NCBI RefSeq assembly: GCF_964204865.1
Contig: NC_135259.1
Span: 5,766,001-5,830,000, forward strand
Direction: 5' to 3'
Source of the DNA: Styela clava
Taxonomy: Eukaryota
DNA: 64,000 bases
Shown: one piece after another, positions 40,585 to 53,575 of the stretch
Layout: each line of letters starts with the position of its first letter
How positions within the stretch are numbered: position 1 is the first letter of the stretch
The notes under the pieces: generated by a model
Told to the model about the DNA's origin: nothing
The model's input: only the letters and a program-made list of their open reading frames with translations
Database searches by the model: none
Translations under genes and position numbers: made by a program

Positions 40585-42421
40585 CTGTGAAAATAACAGC
40601 GAATTCTAAATAGAATGAAGTCGTTCTTGAGAGACATGCAACCAGGTTCATTAATTATGTGAACAATGCTCAAATATAATATTGACACTGAGGTCACGCA
40701 GCGGCAGTATTGAGCATCGAGTTGGATGAGAAAGCCATCGAACAAACGTGGCGGTTAAATTGTTACCATCCCTCATAAAAAGCTTTGACAAGAAATAGAA
40801 TAAAATATAAAAACAACTTTTGAGGAAATATCGCGTTCCAAACGACTAAGGAGAAATTTAACAATGAAGAGTAATAGCTTTCTCTTCTATTATTAAGAAT
40901 TTGAATTCAATTGGTCCATTAGTTGCGAAGAACAGCTATTTTTCGATCATCAACAAGAAAATTGAAAACAAAATCAATTTACAATTCAAACAACAATTTA
41001 CCAAAACGATTAAAAAGTACACGTTGAATTCAATGATGTTCCATGTAAGTTTGACATACTTATGTGACATACTTACGCCAAGTATAATGTATGATATGTC
41101 AGGACTATTCAACTACTTTTTACCGCAGATCCGTTTCAAAACTTCAAAATTATCGGGACCCGGTCATTCCAAAGTTATATTTTACAGTACGCGCAAATAT
41201 ATATTAGTGCCCTTAACTCGGAGATTGAAGACTTGAACAGAAACACGATTCCTAAAAAACTGTGTAACCGCAAAAAAATTCGGCATCCCCCAAAGTGCAT
41301 TATAGTTCCCTGGTAATTGATTCTTCACATATCCAAAGTTAATAGGAACACTGTCATAGAACAAAGAACAGACGCATTGCGAATCGAATACTCCAAAGGT
41401 TCGGATTCATACCGAACCATGAGCCCTGCTATATGTCATGAATGGAAAATTATGCTCGTTTCCATCTTTGGGAATCTCCTCATTAGTAATATACATTTTC
41501 CTAATCAATTCACAGCAAAAAATACTAGCAACAAACCTCTTCGGAAAAGCTATACTTCAGCTTATAGAAATGCTCGATCACATTACTCGGCAAATTCGTG
41601 AAGATTGCCAGGCTGAATGCCGCAGATGCGAACACAATTTTAGCTAATGCAGGGCTTAGCATAGTTAACGTTTAATCATGGAATCTTAAAAAAAAGTGAT
41701 GATAAAAGTAACCAATTCGTCATAATTTTAGTGTTTTGCTGACAGTAACAGTGCTGACAGTAACAAATTGCAAGAAAGACGGGATACTTCTATCTGAGTT
41801 TGAAAAACATGACACAGGCGATGCCAACAATAAGCCAAGTTAAGCACAGCCGCACAACACATCGTTTTTAATGCATTTTACTGATATAAAATTCTTTTTG
41901 ATATAATTTTTTAGCTGTGAAAAAATGGTGAAAACCAACCATGTGTCAACCGTGATGAAAAAACAATTTGCAATAATTGTAAATGACAATCAATTAGGGA
42001 CCAAGAAAGACTGAAAATAAATTTTAATAAAAATAAACAACACCATAGTGATATTTTTAATAGCAAGTCGAGTACGGTGACTTCAATAAGCATTGATTAA
42101 AGATACGTGTTTTATCAATTTGCGTCAAAATAGCGACTTAAACAGTTTTCTCGATTAGAGAGTAGCATCTATTTCGATCTTATGCTTGTAATTTGTGTAC
42201 GCACATTTTTTATTAAAATTCTGATCATTTAACTTGTCCCAGTTTAAAATTAGGGTTTTGACTTATATAGACCGGTTAGCGTCTTTTTCAAACTCATTTT
42301 GCCATAAATTCGATTTTGGAAGTTGACCTAACCATTTGCCTATAACGTAGAACATAGCATCAACTCAAATGTCACTACAATCACTTCAAAATATATCTGT
42401 TCTCTCGTAAAGCTTACAATT

Positions 42422-42904
42422 CAGGGGTCGGCAACATACGGCCCGCGGGCCGAATGCGGCCCGCGGTGTAATATAATCCGGCCCGCGACACTTCACTGAA
42501 TTATAGTAACAAAACAGCTGTTTTGGCGATTATATTCTCTACGTAACATAATTTGTTGTGAGACACGTGTAGACTAATTTATATTATAACCTAACAAGCC
42601 TATAATTCACAATTACTCGTTCAATGAGCCTATAATTTAATTGTAATTAGACAAATGGCAACAAACGCAGATAAGTTGATGCTAAGCACAAAGGGTTCAA
42701 TGACGCTGAAAATATTCAAATATAATTTTGTGAGATGCAATGTAATGAGAAAATAAATCTATATTTTATTCGAGAGATGTATCACTGCTTGATTTTTATT
42801 ATGTAAGAGTATCACCTGTTCGGTTTCTAAAAATATGTCGGCCCGCCAATGACAATGAAACCCTTAATTTTGGCCCGCGAGCGACAAAAGGTTGCCGACC
42901 CCTG
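42422..42904. mobile_element. hAT-Charlie-like MITE
   Basis: Perfect 14-bp TIR caggggtcggcaac / gttgccgacccctg, with ggcccgc repeats. Confidence 0.85.
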
Positions 42905-42924
42905 GCATACATATATAATATACC

Positions 42925-43399
42925 CAGGGATTCCATCGATCTGGAACCCAAAATAAGGACGACCGGAAAAATTTCTGCATTGTGAGCAGAAATAGCTGGC
43001 TTTCCTATGGCCTCCAGGTTAATGTCACAATTACATACGTCACGGTGTGCGAAGCACTCACCCCTCAAGCTACGTTTGACTTTGAATTCTTTCCCGTACT
43101 CATCACAAAAAACGTTCTTACATTTGCTCATTTTAAAAATTAGGCTAAAACAACCACCACCACGACAAAACCTAAGAATCGCCACACTAACAATGCTTTA
43201 TGCCTCTCTGTGCCTTGCTTCTTTGTGTTCCAAATAAGATTGTGTTGCTTTTATGATGCCACAAAAAAGCTTTGGCGATGAAAAACAACAACACAAAGCT
43301 TCCTTTATGAAGTCCAAATAGCCAAAAAAAAGGACGCAAGCTAAAAATAAGTCAAAAATAAGGACAAATCTTAGAAATAAGGACGGTATGGAATCCCTG
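42925..43399. mobile_element. hAT MITE (cagggattccat TIR)
   Basis: TIR cagggattccat / atggaatccctg, 8-bp TSD aatatacc/aatatacg, aataaggac repeats. Confidence 0.85.
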
Positions 43400-43787
43400 A
43401 ATATACGTAATCTCACATATAGAGTCAATCACCGAGCAGTGCCACTAAGCCTGAATCTGAATATGCAAAAACAAAGACAAACAAAAAATTCATTGATCTT
43501 CTTCGACACTTTATAGCGCAGTTTAAACAGTGACGAGACACACAGCTACGTGACAACTGTTTCTAGACTATGAGCTTGTTCGATATGCTCATATTGCAAC
43601 GTGTTCAAATCTATATGATAAGAGGATTTACAATGCTGGGCATACAAGGAAGATGATATTGCATTGTCACATTATTGATGAGGCAAGTAATTCAACCTTT
43701 CAATGCATATCACTCTGAATAACGTATTCGTAATAAATAATTTTTTTCACAGATTCCTGTATTCTAGACTAAATAGAATAATATTAC

Positions 43788-43935
43788 CATCGTCAATCGC
43801 TGACTCAAAACGCTAACTTTTATAACGCTTGCATAAGGGATACATTTATGTTTAGCCAAACAAAACCACAATAAAAGCAATTAGCGCAAAAACTTGAACA
43901 CCAATACGATAGGAACTGCTGAATTTAACACCCAT
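43788..43935 (-). other. Candidate first exon of GGT-B (signal anchor), interrupted by an apparent 1-nt frameshift
   Basis: ATG at 43935 gives MGVKFSSSYRIGVQVFALIAFIVVLFG then TAA. Shifting by one base continues open to a phase-0 GT donor, which exon 2 requires. Confidence 0.45.
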
Positions 43936-45505
43936 GTTTTGCAAACGTAGCGACCTAGTCACTCCGTGATCAAACATTTGAACCTTTTGTTGGTTTACTA
44001 TGAGCTATAGTATCAATTCAAGAACAAATGCTTTTTGAGCGGGTAACACCAGTTGCAATCATTTTGACGCAACCTTCTAGAATATTTTACAATAAATCGA
44101 AGTTTTTTTCTACAGCGTCTGTGACACAAGCCACGCCGTTTATTCCGCGGTTATTAGCGTCTACAAAACAGTAGTTATACACAATTATATTTTTTGAAAG
44201 GATTTCCTGTCTAATAGCCTGGCTTTACGACTGACTTATCTTCCTGTGTTGCACATATTCAATCGTGAAAATGTTCTTTATCAGATGTGCATTTCCCCTA
44301 TATTTTAATCGACTCATCTATCCGATCAAAGTCCGTAGAAAAAATCCTTAATATCATGTACTGTATTTAGTTTGATAATTATTTGAAACAACATCCAAAG
44401 CTTTAGCGACTATGATAACAACTCAATCTTAATCTCAATGTGTAGATGAATAATGTGTCCATTTTTCGTCTGGCCGTGCTATCGTTGCAAGACTTTACGA
44501 TGTAAGAAGTACTCAGACTTTAAAAGCTTTTTCGGTTAAATTAATGCACAGAATGCATGAATTACGTATACGGACTATACATTTTGATAATAAATATATC
44601 TCGTCGTTTTCAATTTTCATTAGAAAGTTTGTCTCGGGTACTATTGCTGTCAAAACCTTTATATTATGGTGTCACAAACCAATAGTTCTTCGATGTTAAA
44701 TAACAGTCGCAGGAAATGTACTTTGGCGATACTAATAACGCAATTGTATGTCTATAGTGGTGCACAGAAATGCATGGACTTCAATATTATCTTTGCGTCT
44801 CGCAATCAACAACAACTATAGTTTTTACCTTCTTGTTATACAAATGCGTTTTGAAACCTGCAAAAAATCATAAAAGTTCACTTTAAATACTCTTTTTCAC
44901 TTTGTTCGGAGTTTCCTTGCTTAGCTAGTTATTGTTCTGATACTATTGTTTCCGTTTAGTTGCAAAACATTTGATATTCAAATTTGTGTTTTCATGCTGC
45001 TGGGAGAAATAACTCGCTTGGAAATTTGTGATTCCCACCTTCAAATAAAGTAAATTGTCAGAAAAACTACTAAAATTTAATTGATTCGTCAATATACCGC
45101 ACCAAACAGAACTATTTTTTAATTCTCATGAGCGCCGAGTTCCTTTGAATATTTAGGTTAGGTGTACCAGTAATTAGAGTCAACTCCAGAAACTTTATCT
45201 TGTCATATCTGCGCAATGCTGGTAAGACTTACGATGTTTTGTGATTCAATTGCTAAATTTAAATTCTAAATATTCCAATCCGAATAAATATTCAAATATT
45301 GTGTTTTTTATTTGCAGAATATCCAATAATTTTTGATAGCGTTATAAATAATTTATTTAAAAAATACTTAATTTGAAGGAATTTCTGTCGCGTCTTCTGT
45401 GTCACGTTCACTCGTATATAAATAAATAACCATAATCAAAATTTAGCTGAAATGAATATTAAAATAATATCACATTCGCAAATAGCCGTATTTTTATGAA
45501 ATATT

Positions 45506-45818
45506 AAACGAGAATATCGGTCAGAGACCGAAGACTTATCGATCGAAAGTTAGGGGATCCCAAAACAGCACTTTTACTCCATAGTGACACCTTGTGTCCC
45601 ATCACTAATTAATTAATAACTCGTTAATTATACGACATAATTCATCCAAAATCAACAGGGCTTCTGGTCCGACTTATGATGAATGCACATGGAAAATCTG
45701 GAGCAGATTCAATCTCGCTTTCGTGAAATATCGCGTGCATCTAACAGACAGACAAACAGACAGACAAACAGACAAATACCTATCAACATACTTACCTATT
45801 AAAATCGATAAGTAATAA
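45506..45818. mobile_element. Helentron-associated / DINE-1-like non-autonomous element
   Basis: Subterminal inverted repeat acttatcgat (45534-45543) / atcgataagt (45804-45813), and an internal (cagacaaa/caga)n microsatellite at 45744-45776. Confidence 0.6.
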
Positions 45819-46639
45819 AACTTCCCCCTGTACGGAGCATTGATAACCTTAATCTGATTTTTTCCTCGCTAAGTGATGAGAGGCTACTATTGATGGCATC
45901 GCCGCTTAAATATCAATTTAAATTCCATGCCCACTCCTCACCCAGAGTGGTGTAAATTGGATAGACAATGCTGAACTACAGAAATTGCCGTCTTTACACA
46001 AACTATAGTTTCTCCTTAAATAGCTGTGTGTTGTGCGCAGCCTTGTTCGGGGCAAAAGCCGCATAAATACTTCGTAAATAAAAAGAAATATCAAACGAAC
46101 AAATCCACCTTTTATATATTTTATTTGCAAAAAATAAACGAAATGAAATGTCTTGCACTCATACATTATAATTTATTGAACGTCAAAATTAGATAAAATA
46201 TCAAATTCGACATTATTGAACAGTCGAAAAAAAACACGTTTCAAATTATATGTTTGCTATTGTATATATTGCTACAGTATATATATAACTTTTACTGGCC
46301 AACCGATACGCTTGCAAATTTGCAAACGTGAAACACAGTACAACAGATGATAAAAATTAACTTGACTTAAATCTATTTGCTTATACTATATATAACGTTC
46401 GTGATTCTTAACTATATTTCATATTTTTACAACTCAAAAAATGAATATGCTCGAAAAATTAACAAAAAAGCCAGAATAAATAGCATAAATACAACAATTG
46501 TCATTCGGATAAAGCGGTTTACAAATAAAAATTTTCGAAAGTACTTGACATATGGCACACTGTCTATGATGAACACCGAATACTACAAACTTGCTACATC
46601 GGACATCCCTTTTGGATAATATATTCTGTTACAAATATA

Positions 46640-49600
46640 TCATCGTGGCTCAACAATCATTTTTCCCGTTTCAGGCCTCATTGTCAAAGCGTACTCAGTC
46701 GCTGGTAGTCCGGGATGGTCGGGATGCATTGATAGTTTACAATTTCTTATGATTTCGGTTGTATAAAGAAACATTTCTATCTTTGCGAGTAATCTTCCTG
46801 GGCAAATTCTTCTTCCCATACCAAACAAGACAACTTGATCGCCGATTTCCTTACGAAACTCACCGTCTGCATCCAGAAATCTCTCTGGTCTGCAGTTATA
46901 AAAAATGGTTTAGTAATTAAATTATTAACCGATTTTTTTACTGAAGGGAATGTTTCATACGGTATGTCATGAAAAATCAAAAATCCTTGACCCTAGTTTA
47001 TCATTTGTGGTGGAATAAATTATATTTGAAACAGACGATCTGATTATTACGTTTCAGATGGAATTTAGGGATTATCCCTAAGTACAGAACCCAGATTATT
47101 AGAAACATATTCTAGAGAGAACCGTCCAATATTACTTTTGGGTTTAATCATATGCAAACACAAGTTCAAGTGTTAAAGAAATTTTCTTCATTTTCGCAAA
47201 GTAATTAGGAAATTATGGATTCTGTTATTACTTATTTGGTTCACTCTCTTATGTCTGACTACGAATTGTGTGATATCTTTCGATAAAATATACTTCTTCC
47301 TGTTTTGAAACGCTTATTTTATTAACAAATGCTTGTTACTTACCGGAAATGGTCTGGACTATTCCAAGTCAACTCCTCATGATTAATTGACCATTGGTTT
47401 ATAAATACGATAGTTCCACGAGGAAGGTCATATCCAAGTAGGCGGACGTTGTCACGGGTCACTGCATGAGGTATTGTGAAAGGAACGAACGATGAATGAC
47501 GCAATACTTCGTGGATAAATGCATTTGTGTATGGAAGCTCGTGTCGATCAGCAAAGCTGTTGAAAATTTAGAAACATTTTGATTTTATTTAAGAAAAACA
47601 AAAAAATGAATGATGGATTCAAAGCAACGACGACGTGAATTGAATTTTAGATGTACAAAAGTAAAGTTAAGCAAAATGGTTATTCCGTACTTTATTGATA
47701 CAGTTTATTTGGTACTCCCGAAGTATGTGAACCAAGATGGCGGACACCGGAACGTAGAATGTGTACCAAGATAGGGTTATGCCATAATTTCATGTACAAA
47801 TACTACAGGAGTCACTTGGCTAGTCCCCAAACTCGTAAAAAGAACTAGAAGAAATTGGAATAAAATTATGGCCTAACCCTAACCTGGTACACATACTACG
47901 TTCTGGTGTACGCCATCTTGGTTCACATACCTCGGGAGTACCATTTATTATGTATTTTCGTTTTTTTTTTTTAAATTTAAAATACAGAATAAACACAGTC
48001 ATAAGAAAAGCAATAAAATTTCTAGTTCTCTTTACCTCGGATTCTTTTTGTTTCGGCCAATAAACGAATCAATTTCATGCTTTATTTTTTCTTGAGCATC
48101 TTCAAACACGGATGCGTAAACGAAAATCCACATCAGAGCTTTTGCTACGGTGTCAAATCCAGCACCCATCAGATCAATTGACTATAAACAAAATAGGTAA
48201 GTGAAAATATATTTTTTATAATAATGTAAATTTGTGCTATATTTTAATTGAGTTAATTTGAAGATTTAAATATTTGAAAGTTCGTGTATTCGTAACCATG
48301 CACTGATTAACTGTCCCCATGCCCGAACTAGACTTGTCACATAAAAGAAAACAGCGAGCCGCCATGTGACTGGCCATCTCCCCCTCGCCAGGATTAAATA
48401 TGGGAATTATTAATCACTTACGACTAAAGAAATCGGTCAATTTTAGTTATCACGAGAGAGAAACACAATATTGAATTCAAGCGTAGTTGTATGCTCGTTA
48501 GAATATCACTAAATTTTTCGTCTTCTGAGTTAGTTCATGGAAAATGTTTCTACCAACTAATCTCATGCAACTAGTACCTCCAATGCCTTTACTTCATACT
48601 TACGCTAAAATGGCTGTAAATTATCATTAGCTGTATTACTGGTACGTATATTGTTAGCGTTTTTGCTCTGAATTGCTCAATAGTTCTAACAATGATATAT
48701 AAATTATTACCGTGTTCATAATGTGCTCGTCCTTGAAGAGAGGATTATTTTTGTATTTCCTACATTTCATAATCAATCCGTCCAGCACATTTTTCGGTTC
48801 ATGTGAAACATTTTCCTGGCCATAAACTTGATCAAAATTTTCCATATGAGTTTTGATATTATCGTGCATGAAGCTGAAACATGAAAATTATTAATAGTTT
48901 TATTTTTAATCAAAAATATGTGATGAAGATACGAAAACAAAAATAAGCTAACTTACTCATAAAATTTTTTTGAAACGGCAATGAAGTTTTTCAGTATTCC
49001 GGGATAAATCTTTCTGACCCATGGCATCATGTCTGATATTGACGATGCGGATTGAAATTTGCTGAATTCATTGGAGCTGTCAATCACAAACTTTATCTGT
49101 GAATCACCTGGTGCATAACTGAAAAGAAAAATGAGAGTTTTATATTAAAACAGAATGACATGAAACCTAGTTTCTGGCAACGCTAGTTTTTACCGTGGAT
49201 TATACCTATTGGTCACTGGTAAATAACCCGAAAAGATAGGTAACCATTGGCTGTTTATCTGGAAATTGTTTGAAATCGGAACAAAGGAATACAAAGGAGA
49301 AACCGTTCAAGTAACTATATCTAAAGTGAAAACTTACCGTTCGCCAAACATGAAAGAGCAGAATATGTTGCACGTCGTCCATGCGATGTTATTAAATGTA
49401 CCAGTCATTTCATCATCTGATGTAATAACACCGTGCTCTTCCTCTTTTGATCCATTTTCCTTCTGTGATTTTATTAGTCTGTTAGAAAGATTAGATATTT
49501 CTTCTTTGATAATCTGCTCCACTATTGACTTAGGCCTTGCTGCAAATTTGTTGTTGTTTTCGTCAGGCCTGACCTTTTTCAGGGCAAAGTCACTGAGAGC

Positions 49601-50023
49601 ATCAACGATTAACTTTCGATATCTTTTGTGTTCGTCTACCGGCATTGAAGCGAATGCAACGCTGTGACCATCGCATATGTATTTAGTTGAGTGCATTTCA
49701 GGTCTTGAAATAAAATCTCCAGATTGTTTTACCAAGGCTTGCTTGATAGCATCTTTACCATTTACCACAATGACCATTCTGGAACCGAGTTTGAGACGAT
49801 ATACGGATCCGTACTTCTTGGCAAACTCAGTCATAGTGAGATGTGGATTCGGCCCAAGTTGAAGTATGTTTCCGATGATTGGCAATCCCCTGGGACCTGG
49901 CGGGAGCTTGAGTTTCTTGCTGCGACGCAAGATGTACCGCACAAGCAACAAAATGGCGGTGAAAGCAAACGATAGCCGGAAAGAACCGGCGAATGCGGAC
50001 AAGACATGTGGAAGGAAATACAT
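46640..50023 (-). CDS. Cytochrome P450, CYP1 family-like (6 coding exons)
   Basis: Exons 49338-50023 (TM anchor, PPGPRGLPIIGN), 48957-49118, 48711-48873, 48036-48181 (I-helix DLMGAGFDT), 47344-47556 (K-helix EVLRHSSFVPFTIPH, FINQWSINH), 46640-46889 (PERF, heme FGMGRRICPG). AGFDT and SSFVPFTIPH are CYP1 signatures. Confidence 0.92.
47711..47942. mobile_element. Palindromic MITE in CYP1 intron 4
   Basis: ~80-bp TIRs ggtactcccga...tcgggagtacc, with attt on both flanks. Confidence 0.85.
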
Positions 50024-50081
50024 TGCTCGACGGTCGCGAGAGAACGATGAGAAATTGTGTCTCGATTCGATACGAGCTTCG

Positions 50082-50192
50082 TTTTATACTTATCTGCGCA
50101 CGCGACGATCAGTTTTGCGGTCAACTTTTACACGCTAATTTGCCACAAAATGTCCGCCCTTAATTCTCTCCTATTCATTCACAAATTCCAAT
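50082..50192 (-). promoter_or_regulatory. CYP1 core promoter: TATA box, two proximal XREs, GC box
   Basis: On the - strand: TATAAAA at 50082-50088 (~60 nt upstream of the ATG), TCGCGTG 50099-50105, TAGCGTG 50131-50137, GGGCGG 50154-50159. ccaat on the + strand at ~50188. Confidence 0.7.
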
Positions 50193-53100
50193 CTTATTCC
50201 GTTTTTGTAAATATGCTTAGGGCAAGATCGTAAACGCTATACAATAGAGTCTAAAATATTACGACGAAGGCGGTGTTGATTTTGTTAGAATTGCAAAAAA
50301 TATTTAAAGGCAATTAAAGAAAGTTTTACGAAGAATAAGAAGTCTCAATGACACTGCAAAACATACACCTTATACACGAATATTGGATAGGATTGAGTAA
50401 GGCAAATGTTTTGCATTACAAGTTTACAAATTTATTCTGTAACTTTTCGTCTGACCAAAGTCGTCAGCATTGCCCAGACAAGCACACAACCAATTTCCCA
50501 TTAACGTTGTTTTCATAATTTATAAAATCATTAGTAACCGCATTCCCAATTTATCATATATAGGATGTTCTTATGAGTCGTTTTTACATCCTCAGACCTC
50601 GGCCAAGGCTTTTTTACGATATCCACTGAGACATAGGAAGCGGAACTTTTCCCGTTTGGCATTGATAGGTTACTATCGTACACACCTATTGGACTCTCAT
50701 GTCCATTTATTTGATACCCTACATAGAAAAATTTACGTTATGAAGATATAGGACAGTCTGAAAAAGCAGACATAAATATGTTCATGGTTAGGTGGATGTT
50801 ACGGTTCAATTTAAAACTATCGACGGGATTCAATGCAATAGGGCCCCGTTAATATGGAATATAGTAATTAGTTTCTAAAATGGTCAAACATGGTGTGAAC
50901 TGTAAAGTACCCGTAAGCTGCAGTTTGACACATACTTAGCTATTAGTTATAAGTATCACGACAGTTTCGGCCTTGGTTAACGAATTACATCCCTGGGTTA
51001 TCAATCCCACCGTCGTTAATATTTCGCGTGTGAACAATAATTGTTTTGATGCCCGACATCTCCGTGTAAAGGTTTTATTCATACATGGTCAGTGGATGGA
51101 TGCTTTCTATTTTTAAATACGAGAGAGATATCTTGAGATTACATGACCAGAAGAAATCGTACTGCCGTAATCGCACGATTGAATTCGACTCTCGCACGCG
51201 AACAATCATTCACCACACGCAATAATTATAACAATCTCACCGCATTGCGTGTGAGACAATACTCGCGGGAAATTTAAAATGGAAGAAGAGTCGGCAATTT
51301 ATTTGAATTACATAAGATTTAGTAATAATTAATATCATTAGACGAGAACAATCGCGTGAGAAATTTAGAACCATTAAAAACCAATGTTAGAGATTCTAAC
51401 CGTTCGCTAAAAAAGTTTGTGATCATGGAGCATATGTACCATAATCGTATATTTGAAATAGATATTTCCACTTTTTGTACAGCCTCGATTATTTTCAATA
51501 TCATAATTAAAGTGGGCATTTATGTATCATTAAACGACATATTCAGTTTTATTTTACATTTGCTTCGCCTGAATAAAAGAAATTGTGACTCATCCATTTA
51601 AATCTATTTAGAGACGCGAAACCTTAAAAAATTTGCTATCTAAAAGTCACGTAGGGTCAAAAACTAAAATTTATAATAGTAAAGAAGGTTAATAATTCTA
51701 CTTCAGCAAATAAAAAATATTGCGAGCTGCTCTGTTATTGTCGCACCTTCTATCTTACTTCAATCGGGATTAAAATAAATTTAAAACAGATCAGGAAATA
51801 GTGATGGAGCAATATTTCAAATCAACAAGAATTAAAAAGCATCTATGTTTGATATGAAGTATATTGATTGTCATCTATTTGGTTCGTTGCTAAAAATACT
51901 TAGAAACAAACCTCGAACCAAATCATTTTCTACAAAACGGATGCGTCGATGTAGATAAAGTGGCTGATAAGACCTCGTTTTGATAAAAGGAAGTCAATTT
52001 TAATTCGTCATTGTTAAATCGCTGATGTTCTTGTCACAAACATGCGGGAGATTTAACTTCGCACGCAAGTTTTTAAAGTAGTAGTGCAACTTGAGTGCCA
52101 CAGGCAAGTATATGCTAATTTATAACCAAACTTGTCTTGTTTTTGTCACGTTAGGGCCCTACCACTTCATCTATCATGTCTGTTATATTAATAATATCTG
52201 TAACGGTATAGGGTTGAGTAAGTCTAATTGAGAACAACACATCTTATATTCGTAAGTGTTTGAACAAGATTGAATGTAAGAAAATTGTCCTATTTGCACG
52301 GATTTTACGAGCGCAATGATTCATTCAGATAAAGCACGCGAGTGTCGATGTTTTGCATTCGTCCTCACGCAATATATGTTTAAATATGTCGACCAATAGT
52401 CGGAATAGTGATAAGTGGCCAAGAAAAAAATGTGCTCAAAATACTTAAAAAATACAGTATACCCGATAGCTTAGAATGCAGTTGGATAAATGGTTTCAAT
52501 AAGCATTTTAATCACCTCTTTTGTAATAGGCATTTGCACTGCCGTATAGACAGCGGTTTTTGTGTTTGTCACCACGCAACATTTGTTTTACAAGTCGAAT
52601 AAAAAATGAAATACTAGTAATGGGCCAAAGAAAAAAAATCGCTCAAAATATTATACCTAAAACGTGAAGTTATTTTAAGTCGTTCAGCAAAATGTGTAGT
52701 GGGCCTGTATTACACGTTCTGATTCGTAAATGGGCCTCTTTTCATTCGGGATCCCGATACGAATCAGAAACTAGCCGTCGTAAAAAAAGGTTCTTACATC
52801 ACCGCGATTAACACTTTGAAAAATAAAAACGGGATTTTGTGGGTTAATCTGTAAATCCCATAATACTTTGGATCACTTTTTATCTTAAAGATTTAATTTC
52901 ATTACCCCTCCGGAAAAAATTTGCGAGAAATCGTGCGGAACTTAGATTTTCTTGTTTGCACGAAATGGTATTGTTACATCTATTTGTTTCAAGAACTGGA
53001 TTAGAAAATTGTGTTGCATGCGAATGATTGCGTGCTTGAACATAATTCTCTCGTTTCATCTGCACGCAAACCCAGGTACTTTGAGGTCGTTTTTCTCTCC

Positions 53101-53403
53101 TTTCGGAAGCGAACTCACGCGAATAATAACAATAGGATGACAACAGACATGAAGAGTTTCTTCTCAATGTTCACGATAATTGAATTTAGTGACTCTAAAA
53201 ACGATTGAACAGTGGTTACAAATAAACTTTTTTTGAATTTTCTGATTGAATTCTCGCTCTTCCGATACCAGAAACCGCAACAACTTTACCATGGGCATAA
53301 ATTATCTCCAAACAGCAAAAATTCATTTACATTTCAAAACAAGTGGAAATGATCCAGTAGTTTGATATTACAAACTAATTTTTTAAAATTCTGGATTTCG
53401 GTT

Positions 53404-53575
53404 CGGCCCCACCACTTCATCTATCATGTATGTTATATTAATAATAGCTGGAACGGTCTAGGGTTGAGTAAGCCTAATTGACAACAACACATCTTATATT
53501 CGTAACTGTTTGAACAAGATTGAATGAAAGAAAAATGTCATATTTGCAGGGATTTTACGAGCGCAATGATTCATA
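53404..53575 (+). repeat. ~170-bp local duplicate of 52155-52325
   Basis: ggccc.accacttcatctatcatg...acgagcgcaatgattcat is present at both positions. Confidence 0.85.

Noticed and set aside
41911-42093. Hydrophobic 60-aa ORF as an alternative GGT-B exon 1
   Set aside because: No convincing phase-0 donor and no similarity to GGT-A exon 1. The hydrophobicity is explained by T-richness.
42799-43428. ORFs with Cys/His residues resembling a transposase zinc finger
   Set aside because: They lie inside two adjacent short MITEs. At most this is a transposase remnant, not a gene.
45870-45975. Possible C/D box snoRNA (gtgatga...ctga)
   Set aside because: No terminal stem or recognisable rRNA guide sequence, and no + strand host intron.
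6711-50023. Four co-oriented genes as a trans-spliced operon
   Set aside because: Intergenic gaps are several kb and filled with transposons, and nothing in the sequence indicates polycistronic processing.
49266-50138. Several + strand ORFs
   Set aside because: Antisense shadows of CYP1 exon 1.
52880-53208. Overlapping ORFs in duplication copy 1
   Set aside because: The frames are not preserved in copy 2 (indels), consistent with non-coding DNA.
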